Shown piece by piece: positions 46,441 through 53,997 of a stretch of DNA of 64,000 nucleotides; position 1 is the stretch's first letter, and every line of letters starts with the position of its first letter. Origin of the DNA: a virus. The notes under the pieces are model-generated. The model was not told the DNA's origin. It saw nothing but the letters and a program-made list of their open reading frames with translations, and did no database searches. The stretch lies in the IMG/VR virus record IMGVR_UViG_3300045988_171102; one strand, 5' to 3'. Made by a program: the position numbers and the translations under genes.

Positions 46441-46577
46441 TTGACAAAATTCTCCAAATAGTGTATCATTATGTTAGGCTTAGAAAATGGGTAGGCTAAC
46501 GCTGACCATCTTTCGATAGCTTACTTGGTATAGACATCACCAGATTTTCGCAGGTCGAAGTGATGTCTATTTTTTTA
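46441..46577 (+). ncRNA. candidate small RNA unit 1 (promoter, ~100-nt transcript, intrinsic terminator)
   Basis: TTGACA (46441), 17 nt, TATCAT (46464). Terminator stem ATAGACATCAC/GTGATGTCTAT (46530..46570) is followed by T7. There is no SD-led ORF. Confidence 0.55.
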
Positions 46578-46594
46578 TGTATAAAACCTTTGTT

Positions 46595-46879
46595 TTAAAC
46601 ATCTTCCGATACATAATGTTCGTACCGTAATCTATTTAACAATTCTTCAAGCGTAATTGATAGGGCGTATTCTTTGTCTGTCATACCGCCTATAATAGAT
46701 TTTTTAAGACTAAATCTGCTTACTATCTGTATGTCAGGCGAATTTGCAACAGAGCGAAACGAAATAATAACATAACATCTCAAATCTTTACCATAGAGCC
46801 GAATGTCATTTTCTACTCTTTCTATCATCTCGGTATGATTAACTTCAATGGGTTTATCGTTATTGTCAAACCACGGCAT
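46595..46879 (-). CDS. hypothetical protein
   Basis: 94-aa ORF. Confidence 0.5.
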   Translation of the reverse strand: MPWFDNNDKPIEVNHTEMIERVENDIRLYGKDLRCYVIISFRSVANSPDIQIVSRFSLKKSIIGGMTDKEYALSITLEELLNRLRYEHYVSEDV

Positions 46880-47084
46880 TTAATACCCTCCTTATTACTG
46901 TCTGAGCATAAGCGTCAGTTTTAGCTTTCTCGTCAACATATTCCACCTCGGAATTAGCAAGATTGATTTTGGCAATTACTTTACCCTCTTCGTTGGAACT
47001 TGTTGTTCTCCAAGCGTCAATATACATTATATTTTTATCATAATCAATAAAGTTGCTTCTAATTTCTCTATATTTACTTTGCAT
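46866..47084 (-). CDS. hypothetical protein
   Basis: 72-aa ORF preceded by AAGGAGGAA. Confidence 0.55.
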   Translation of the reverse strand: MQSKYREIRSNFIDYDKNIMYIDAWRTTSSNEEGKVIAKINLANSEVEYVDEKAKTDAYAQTVIRRVLNAVV

Positions 47085-47128
47085 AAAGCTACATTCCTCC
47101 TTATTTAAGATAATTTTTTAAAAAAGTA

Positions 47129-47247
47129 TTGACTTTTTTAAAATTGCGATGTATTATAATGCTGTGTAAGGTTTTGTTATTTACTTACGCAAGCATAAAC
47201 TATTAGTTTTTTAAGCGGAAAAGACTCAGTCAAAAGCTGAGTCTTTT
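47129..47247 (+). ncRNA. candidate small RNA unit 2
   Basis: TTGACT (47129), 17 nt, TATTAT (47152). Terminator GACTCAG-tcaaaag-CTGAGTC (47223..47243) is followed by TTTT. There is no ATG in the transcript. Confidence 0.55.
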
Positions 47248-47266
47248 CTGTTATACAAAAAAAAGC

Positions 47267-47396
47267 TTGACTGTAAACTGAAAAAGTAGTATCATATAAG
47301 TGTGGAAGTTTGTTTTTTAATTTCTACTATGGTAGATTAGTTTTTTTATCCTTTCTTCCGTACCTCGCACACTGTTATACAGTGTGCGTTTTTTTT
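47267..47396 (+). ncRNA. candidate small RNA unit 3 (paralog of unit 2)
   Basis: TTGACT (47267), 17 nt, TATCAT (47290). Terminator CGCACACTG-ttata-CAGTGTGCG (47366..47388) is followed by T8. It shares the 5' GTGT..AAG.TTTGTT and the ATTAGTTTTTT segments with unit 2. Confidence 0.55.
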
Positions 47397-47532
47397 ATTG
47401 TCAACACACTAATACTTTGGGATTCACTTATTATAAAGCAACATTACCGCCTTTAAACTGTATTCTTGTCCTGTTTTTGTACTGCATTACCTTGTATTCA
47501 GGATAATCTGATTGATGACTTAAACAATCTCT

Positions 47533-48153
47533 TTATTTGGATTTGGTGTCTTTGTCTATGCCTTTCATATAACCATCAATCCACACTACCTGTCCTGTCT
47601 GATATCTTCTGAAATGTCCTCTAACTTGGAATACACCTTCAGGACTGCGATGATGACCGACCGATGTAGCATAAAGCTGATTCTTAAACGGTCTGAATAC
47701 GATAGTCTTATCTTGATTATCGTTTTTACCAATAGCGGAAAACTCTCGTTTATCTCGATCAAGATAATTGCCATACCATAGGAAAGCATTAGCGTTGATA
47801 TATGAATCAATCATGTATTCTATTGCCTCAAGACAGTCATCAAGCATTTGTTGACTGTCAATATTGCGTTCAACAATTTGGTAATCTATCTTTAAATCGC
47901 AATCGCTTTGTTCAGGTGATTTGTGAAACAATCCTTTGGCGATTTGTGTCTTATTGTATTTTAAAGAGAATTTTTGTTTTGGGATATTATTCTTAACACA
48001 AGCCGTAACATACAGTATGTATTCGGGACATTCTTTGATTATTACTTCACATTTCTCAAAATACGGTTTCGCAGACATAACCTTGTCCATAATGTTGCGA
48101 TTCCATTGTTGAAAGTATGCGTAAGTGTTTTCGTCAATACAAATTAGATTCAT
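47533..48153 (-). CDS. hypothetical protein
   Basis: 206-aa ORF. Confidence 0.55.
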   Translation of the reverse strand: MNLICIDENTYAYFQQWNRNIMDKVMSAKPYFEKCEVIIKECPEYILYVTACVKNNIPKQKFSLKYNKTQIAKGLFHKSPEQSDCDLKIDYQIVERNIDSQQMLDDCLEAIEYMIDSYINANAFLWYGNYLDRDKREFSAIGKNDNQDKTIVFRPFKNQLYATSVGHHRSPEGVFQVRGHFRRYQTGQVVWIDGYMKGIDKDTKSK

Positions 48154-48190
48154 AAGGTTGGATTCAACATCCTTTCAATCTTACTCTTCA

Positions 48191-48631
48191 TCACTTATAG
48201 AGAATTTCATAAAAATCTTCTGTATAGGTGCCGTCAGCCTTATCTTGCTCTTCGTACTTTTCAAGTGCCTTGACTGCATCTTCGTGAGTGTCAAAAGAGT
48301 CAATTAACTCTTTTGTTCCTGCGTAAGCAATCCAATATCTTGGCGGATTCTCACTAAGAATAATAACCAAGATTTGAGCATTCTTGTCACCGAACCAGTC
48401 TTCAAAATCTGCGGTAACATCATCATTGGCAATGACGGTCATACCGTACTCTTCCTCATCCATAAGTTCTTCATACACAACTTCTTCATTTTCATTGTAC
48501 TGGTCATTCTCTATATCGTCAGATGTATAAATAAAATCACTGTGAACACGGTGTGTGAAGTCTGTAAATCTGTAGATTTCGCATTCAACATATTGTCCTT
48601 TGTAATGTTCTTTAACTTCTTTGATTGTCAT
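48191..48631 (-). CDS. highly acidic hypothetical protein
   Basis: I placed the start at MTIKEV after AAGGAGAAAACATT. The sequence has many D/E runs (EELMDEEEYG, DDVTADFEDW). The track ORF extends to 48670. Confidence 0.55.
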   Translation of the reverse strand: MTIKEVKEHYKGQYVECEIYRFTDFTHRVHSDFIYTSDDIENDQYNENEEVVYEELMDEEEYGMTVIANDDVTADFEDWFGDKNAQILVIILSENPPRYWIAYAGTKELIDSFDTHEDAVKALEKYEEQDKADGTYTEDFYEILYK

Positions 48632-49301
48632 AATGTTTTCTCCTTTTTGTTGTTTCTTTGTTTTTTGCAATTAATAATAATTTATCAATGATTAAATTTT
48701 CAATCCAACGAGATAGTACCTTTTTTCCACTCTCCAAACTTTCAATTGTTTGCTGTCTCATTCCAAAAATTTCAGACATTTCTTCTTGTGTTAATTCCGC
48801 ACACAAGCGAGCTTCCTTTATCGTCATGCGTTTAGAAGGTTCAAAAATCTCATCAATAGATACAGGAAGATTAAATTTTAAAAGAGTTGAAACTTTATAC
48901 GCTGAGTCTAATAAAGGTATTTTCTTATGATGATAATAACAAAATGCAGTTGAATGAGAAATACCATATTTTTTCTCAACCTGCATATAAGTTTCGTCAA
49001 GTGCATCAAATGCCTGACTAAAAGCAAAATAAAACTTATGTTCAATATCTTTTTGAAATTGAATTCTTTCATCGGCACTTACAAATCTTCTGCCATGTAA
49101 TACCTCTAAAAGGACTACAGCCGTACTATAAGACATCTTCTTGTTATTGTTACTTTCTACGAAATAAAAACCCATTGTTGAAGGATAATATTGACTCCTT
49201 TTAGCTATTTCATAATAAGTTAAATACTGTTCTTTGATTTTTGTTTTACAATATTGAACAAAAATATCACTTACAGGCAATTTATTATTTTCTTTGTTCA
49301 T
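48612..49301 (-). CDS. XRE-family helix-turn-helix DNA-binding protein
   Basis: C-terminal HTH MTIKEARLCAELTQEEMSEIFGMRQQTIESLESGKK, plus earlier HTH-like segments. Confidence 0.6.
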   Translation of the reverse strand: MNKENNKLPVSDIFVQYCKTKIKEQYLTYYEIAKRSQYYPSTMGFYFVESNNNKKMSYSTAVVLLEVLHGRRFVSADERIQFQKDIEHKFYFAFSQAFDALDETYMQVEKKYGISHSTAFCYYHHKKIPLLDSAYKVSTLLKFNLPVSIDEIFEPSKRMTIKEARLCAELTQEEMSEIFGMRQQTIESLESGKKVLSRWIENLIIDKLLLIAKNKETTKRRKHYDNQRS

Positions 49302-49339
49302 ATAATCACCACGCTGTCTTGTTTTCTAAAACAAGAATT

Positions 49340-50017
49340 TTATTTATTGTGTTTATCATACCAAGCGGATTTGTTGGTCAGGTAAAGCACAAAATCTTCA
49401 TCTTTGTATAAGTCTGATAAAGTATCTTCATACTCTTTGTCATCGCACCAATAAATCCGCCAGTACACGCATCCAATAAAATCCTCATATATACAATCGT
49501 TATAATAAAAATTACAGGAATTTAATTCGTATGCTAATGCGAAATACCCAGAGCCATCTTGCAATGTATAACTGCCATCATCGCAACAATAGCCGTTATC
49601 ATATAACTCATATATAGGTTGCTCATAAGAAGCCTTAACACTGCTCATAACATTCAGCATAGCTTTATATGTTGATATCACCTCAATAATGTTTGATGCT
49701 ACACATTTGTCAGTACACAACTGATACGAACTGTGTGTTTGAGCAACAACATCATTGGTTCTAAATCTAATATATAAATGTTCGTTATCTTGATTCATTT
49801 CTTCAAACGCTTCATTGAAAAATTTATTCCGCCACACTTTATCAGTTGATGCTTTATAATAGTTAATGATATAATAATCAACAAACTGCATTGAAGTAAT
49901 ATCTTTGACAGCAATGATTTCAGAGTTTGGTAACACTTCAAAATTAGAATTACCAATTAACCCACTATCATCAAATTGCAACCGTATTACCTCATAGTTT
50001 TTATCATATCTTTTCAT
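49340..50017 (-). CDS. hypothetical protein
   Basis: 225-aa ORF. Confidence 0.55.
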   Translation of the reverse strand: MKRYDKNYEVIRLQFDDSGLIGNSNFEVLPNSEIIAVKDITSMQFVDYYIINYYKASTDKVWRNKFFNEAFEEMNQDNEHLYIRFRTNDVVAQTHSSYQLCTDKCVASNIIEVISTYKAMLNVMSSVKASYEQPIYELYDNGYCCDDGSYTLQDGSGYFALAYELNSCNFYYNDCIYEDFIGCVYWRIYWCDDKEYEDTLSDLYKDEDFVLYLTNKSAWYDKHNK

Positions 50018-50093
50018 AAATATCCCCCGCTATATTAGTTAATAATAGTATCTGCCTTTATTTCTTCAACCGTAGATTAGTACTCAACAATTA

Positions 50094-50285
50094 TTACTGC
50101 CTGTCAATAATGCAATCTTGATAGCCTAAACCTGTTAATGCGAGTGCAAACTGTTCGGGAGCAATTAAAACAATATCTTTTTTAAAGTCATCATCTGTAA
50201 TAGATATAATAATTTGATTTATATTATTGATATTACGAGAAATAGTTATTTTTGCGTTAGCTTTCATTTGTTCACTCCTCCTCAC
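50094..50285 (-). CDS. hypothetical protein
   Basis: 63-aa ORF. Confidence 0.4.
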   Translation of the reverse strand: MRRSEQMKANAKITISRNINNINQIIISITDDDFKKDIVLIAPEQFALALTGLGYQDCIIDRQ

Positions 50286-50395
50286 ACTGTTTTTTCACTA
50301 CACTTTTAAAGATAGAAGTTAAAATGTCATTAATGCTTTGAGAATCATTCATCATATGGTCGCCTCCGATCTAAATTTTGTACTTGTTCTAATTG

Positions 50396-50743
50396 TTAAG
50401 CTAATTCTGCGACATAAATATCCCAAATTTCCCACTCTGCATCCGCATCATAATCCTCTTCATCATCCTCATTAAGAGGGATGCTTTGGATGTACAACAC
50501 ATCATAAGTGTATGTATGAAGTCCATGCTCCAATCCCCAAGTTGTTGTACACTTATCTTTTGAAGATTCAAACAACTTTCGAGCCTCCTCTAAAGTGTTA
50601 AATCTGCCGATAACATTATAAGTATCGCCTAAACAATTACCTCCGCAGTAGCACGCATGGTCGGCAAGTTGTTTTGTAGTAAGATTATTTTTACGGTTGC
50701 GATATTCCCAATTTTCCATTCTTACTTCATATACTTTTTTCAT
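50396..50743 (-). CDS. hypothetical protein
   Basis: I placed the start at MKKVYEV after ATGGAGGTATACAAA. The upstream part of the track ORF overlaps the preceding gene. Confidence 0.5.
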   Translation of the reverse strand: MKKVYEVRMENWEYRNRKNNLTTKQLADHACYCGGNCLGDTYNVIGRFNTLEEARKLFESSKDKCTTTWGLEHGLHTYTYDVLYIQSIPLNEDDEEDYDADAEWEIWDIYVAELA

Positions 50744-50759
50744 TTTGTATACCTCCATT

Positions 50760-51257
50760 TTATTTGCTATCTTCAAATGGCTCTCGATAAGAATAGTGAT
50801 TCTCTGTACAGAAAACACAACCCCACCAGCAGTGTTGTTGTCCACAAGGTCTAACACCATAGCCATCGTACCCTGCATTAAGCTTGCAACCATCACATTC
50901 GTCTTCCCCTGTGATTGTACAATATCCTTTCCCATCTGGGCAAGGTCTATATATATATGTGTGTGTGTCACCAGTTTTCCTTTCAACAAAGACTATCTCG
51001 CAATTGTCTGTATCGTAAGTTAAAGCAAAACCATCTGTGAAATCTAATGCCTTATTGTTTTTCCAGATTTGCCATTCCTTTACTTTTTCAAATAGTGTTT
51101 GCCAATCACCATTTTTGAAAGTTTTTCGGTCAATTCCATACATATCCACTGTATACTCATGACCGCTTGCCTTGTCGATGACTGTAAGAATCACAACACC
51201 GTTCTTATAATCAATACAAGCGTTGCCATTTGACAAATATTTTGGTCTTAACAGCAT
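50760..51257 (-). CDS. hypothetical Cys-rich protein
   Basis: 165-aa ORF. Confidence 0.5.
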   Translation of the reverse strand: MLLRPKYLSNGNACIDYKNGVVILTVIDKASGHEYTVDMYGIDRKTFKNGDWQTLFEKVKEWQIWKNNKALDFTDGFALTYDTDNCEIVFVERKTGDTHTYIYRPCPDGKGYCTITGEDECDGCKLNAGYDGYGVRPCGQQHCWWGCVFCTENHYSYREPFEDSK

Positions 51258-51293
51258 ATTATATCCTCCTTATGTTTTACCAATTCGACATAC

Positions 51294-51491
51294 TCATATG
51301 CCAATCATCGTATCCATTGTATTGTGTATCAAATCAATGTTTGTTTGGATTTCAAACCGTTCATCTTCTGTTGTTGTATAGGCAATACCGATACATTCAA
51401 GGTTTGAAAAGTCAACATTCTCTGTTCCATATTCTTCTTCGCAAAAATCAGTTATCAACCGTTTTGCATCGTCAATTGTATATTGTCTCAT
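51294..51491 (-). CDS. hypothetical protein
   Basis: 65-aa ORF tiling the operon. Confidence 0.4.
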   Translation of the reverse strand: MRQYTIDDAKRLITDFCEEEYGTENVDFSNLECIGIAYTTTEDERFEIQTNIDLIHNTMDTMIGI

Positions 51492-51531
51492 TTTGTATTC
51501 TCCTTTATTATATCATAATATCAACAATATT

Positions 51532-51762
51532 TCAAGTGAAACTCGCTAATATTTTATTATTTTCCACAATGTTAAGCCAATCTATCGGTTCTTTTGTTCT
51601 CCTGTTTGTGAGTAAACCTTTTCTCAGCAAGGGCAATAATGTATTGAGATGAGTTTTGGCTTCGATATATGTTCCAAACAATCCGTAGGGTACATATGTG
51701 TCAGCATCTTCATTATAACCATTAACACTAAACATGCTCTCTATCTTGTCCACTTTACACAC
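51532..51762 (-). CDS. hypothetical protein
   Basis: 76-aa ORF tiling the operon. Confidence 0.4.
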   Translation of the reverse strand: MCKVDKIESMFSVNGYNEDADTYVPYGLFGTYIEAKTHLNTLLPLLRKGLLTNRRTKEPIDWLNIVENNKILASFT

Positions 51763-51801
51763 TCCTTTTTCTTTATCGGCATTAAAATATCGGTTTTATT
51801 T

Positions 51802-52326
51802 TTAGTCGTCATCTTCTATACATTCATTGTCTAACCATTCATCAAAGCAAGGATAAATCATTCCACCTTTAAATCCTGTATCTTCAAACAAATCAAATGC
51901 ATCCCAAATATCAATAGTCTTATCGTAAAGACAACCTTTAAACACTGGCTCTTTTGCCTGTAACTCCTCATAACAATCGTTAATTTTACTTAAAAAATCT
52001 ATTAGAGAATAACCGTGTGCAGCCATCCATTTTAATTGAAAATCATGATACTGTTTTATAATTTCTCCTTGCTTATTTAGTAATGCCTTTACCATTTGTG
52101 CGTTACCGCAAAATATGTCCATATACCTTTCAAGATTTTTTCGATAAAAACGTCCTTTGTCCAGACTAATCAAGACATTAACAGCATACTCAAAAGTCAA
52201 CATCTCATCATCACGCCCACACAAAGATGTAAAAATATCTTCGATAGTTCCATATTTATCCAGCATTGAAGAATTGATTACCCGATCAATATCGTTGTAT
52301 ATTTTCTGTATTTTTGATATATCCAT
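51802..52326 (-). CDS. hypothetical protein
   Basis: 174-aa ORF preceded by AAGGAGGA. Confidence 0.55.
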   Translation of the reverse strand: MDISKIQKIYNDIDRVINSSMLDKYGTIEDIFTSLCGRDDEMLTFEYAVNVLISLDKGRFYRKNLERYMDIFCGNAQMVKALLNKQGEIIKQYHDFQLKWMAAHGYSLIDFLSKINDCYEELQAKEPVFKGCLYDKTIDIWDAFDLFEDTGFKGGMIYPCFDEWLDNECIEDDD

Positions 52327-52351
52327 ACTTTAATCCTCCTTAATTAAAAAA

Positions 52352-52379
52352 ACTATATTATGTAATATTACATAAACAA
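52352..52379 (-). promoter_or_regulatory. candidate promoter with a perfect 16-bp palindrome filling the spacer
   Basis: The minus strand reads TTGTTT, 16 nt, TATAGT. The spacer is essentially TATGTAATATTACATA (52359..52374). Confidence 0.4.
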
Positions 52380-52419
52380 TTCCGAGTTATAAAAGTGTTT
52401 TAATCTCTGTTTGCCGTAA

Positions 52420-52701
52420 TCAAATCATTATTATATAATTAATGCTATCTGAATCCATCTGAACCTTACAGTCTTGTTTCTTAAACCAATTTGCAACTTC
52501 TGGTGAGATTGTTCTCCCTACACCTAATTGCACCAAATCGTGCCAAATATATGGTATAGTTTCATATTGTACTAAAGTTAATTTATTTTTTCTCATATCC
52601 ACAGCATTATCAATTGATTTCCATTTTATAAAGATTGCTTCTGTTTTTTTATTAGCTCTATACTTTTTGCCGTCATACCATTTATATAACATTTTTTGCA
52701 C
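52420..52701 (-). CDS. hypothetical protein
   Basis: 93-aa ORF. Confidence 0.45.
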   Translation of the reverse strand: MQKMLYKWYDGKKYRANKKTEAIFIKWKSIDNAVDMRKNKLTLVQYETIPYIWHDLVQLGVGRTISPEVANWFKKQDCKVQMDSDSINYIIMI

Positions 52702-52745
52702 CTCATTTATGAATATAACTATTAAACAATCTTAAAAGTAATTAC

Positions 52746-52943
52746 TTACAGATACACTTTACGCAACTCCATATCTGATAATCCGATTGTTCCATCAAGA
52801 AGATTGCATAACATATTATATTGCTCATTCTCATTAGTAGCATTGTTTGAAACGAAATCAAGAATATTACTAATCAGTCGATAACTCTCACCAGTTATAT
52901 TGAAATTTTCTTCAATGTATAACAAAAACTCTGATTTATTCAT
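52746..52943 (-). CDS. hypothetical protein
   Basis: 65-aa ORF. Confidence 0.4.
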   Translation of the reverse strand: MNKSEFLLYIEENFNITGESYRLISNILDFVSNNATNENEQYNMLCNLLDGTIGLSDMELRKVYL

Positions 52944-52988
52944 TTATATTTCTCCTTATCGTTTATAGTTCTCCTTAAAAGTGCCGTT

Positions 52989-53516
52989 TTAATCTTCTCT
53001 GAATGTACATTTAAGTTCTTTATACCCAACCGGAATATCATCTTCAACGGATATAGCACACCAAGCCCAACCGCCAACTTGATCTTTATTGATGCCATAA
53101 TAATCTCCGTCACCCAAACCGTTGCCTACGGCTGTCAATAACGGCAATGGATGTAAAATCCAACCATTATTATTACATCTTGCTTTATACTTGTCACAAT
53201 CGAGATATGCTCCTATTGTATGATTAACAAGATACTTACCGTCAAGATACATTTCATCCTGATGTATGCTATGTTTTTCAACCTCATCTTCCCAAGCAAA
53301 TTCAAAGAGTGTCTGGTTGATTTCTTTAGAATAATCACCTATCCACGCCACTTTACAGGGATTTTTATATAACAATTTTGCAATTGAAGAAACAAATGGA
53401 TTATACCACCACGAATGTTCTGTCAATTTTGGCATTGTGTACTTGCCATCAACTTTTTTGTTGTATGTGATTATTCTGTTGTTATTATAGACTACAACAT
53501 TATAATACTGCCCCAT
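52989..53516 (-). CDS. hypothetical protein
   Basis: 175-aa ORF. Confidence 0.55.
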   Translation of the reverse strand: MGQYYNVVVYNNNRIITYNKKVDGKYTMPKLTEHSWWYNPFVSSIAKLLYKNPCKVAWIGDYSKEINQTLFEFAWEDEVEKHSIHQDEMYLDGKYLVNHTIGAYLDCDKYKARCNNNGWILHPLPLLTAVGNGLGDGDYYGINKDQVGGWAWCAISVEDDIPVGYKELKCTFRED

Positions 53517-53518
53517 AA

Positions 53519-53722
53519 TTAAACCTCCTGTACACCTGCAATCGTTTCAAGCACTTTATACAATACTCTGTACCCTTCTGGATTATATGGATTTTGAGTT
53601 GCTGCTAATAATCCGAGTAAACCGTCTGTACATTCCATTATAGTTTGCCTGCTTGGATTATAAAAAGCAATCAAACATAAAGCTTCAGCTACATCTTCTG
53701 GATAGTATTTTACTGTAAACAT
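53519..53722 (-). CDS. hypothetical protein
   Basis: 67-aa ORF, 2-nt gaps to its neighbours. Confidence 0.45.
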   Translation of the reverse strand: MFTVKYYPEDVAEALCLIAFYNPSRQTIMECTDGLLGLLAATQNPYNPEGYRVLYKVLETIAGVQEV

Positions 53723-53724
53723 AA

Positions 53725-53997
53725 TTAAATCTCCCTATACATTTTCTTTGCGGTTGGTACGCCATACTCTTGAACAAGATTCCAAAGCACATCCAACCCT
53801 TGTATATCTATATGCAAAATTTCTGTCGAATCTACAACACCTTGCAACCAAGCTTGTGCTGTTTCATCTGCAATATTCATGAATTTTCCATATATCTTTT
53901 TACCAGTATCGGATTCTAAAAGAACAGGTAAATCTTTGGAATAAATTTCTTTCCTTGTATATGGTTGTTTCTTTATGATACTTTTTGATCTCCCCAT
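53725..53997 (-). CDS. hypothetical protein
   Basis: 90-aa ORF. Confidence 0.45.
   Translation of the reverse strand: MGRSKSIIKKQPYTRKEIYSKDLPVLLESDTGKKIYGKFMNIADETAQAWLQGVVDSTEILHIDIQGLDVLWNLVQEYGVPTAKKMYREI

Noticed and set aside
48433-48444. An extra copy of the TGACGGTCA core (AATGACGGTCAT).
   Set aside because: It lies inside the coding region 48191..48631 and lacks the conserved AATTACAA flank. I treat it as a chance or secondary occurrence until a genome-wide count is done.
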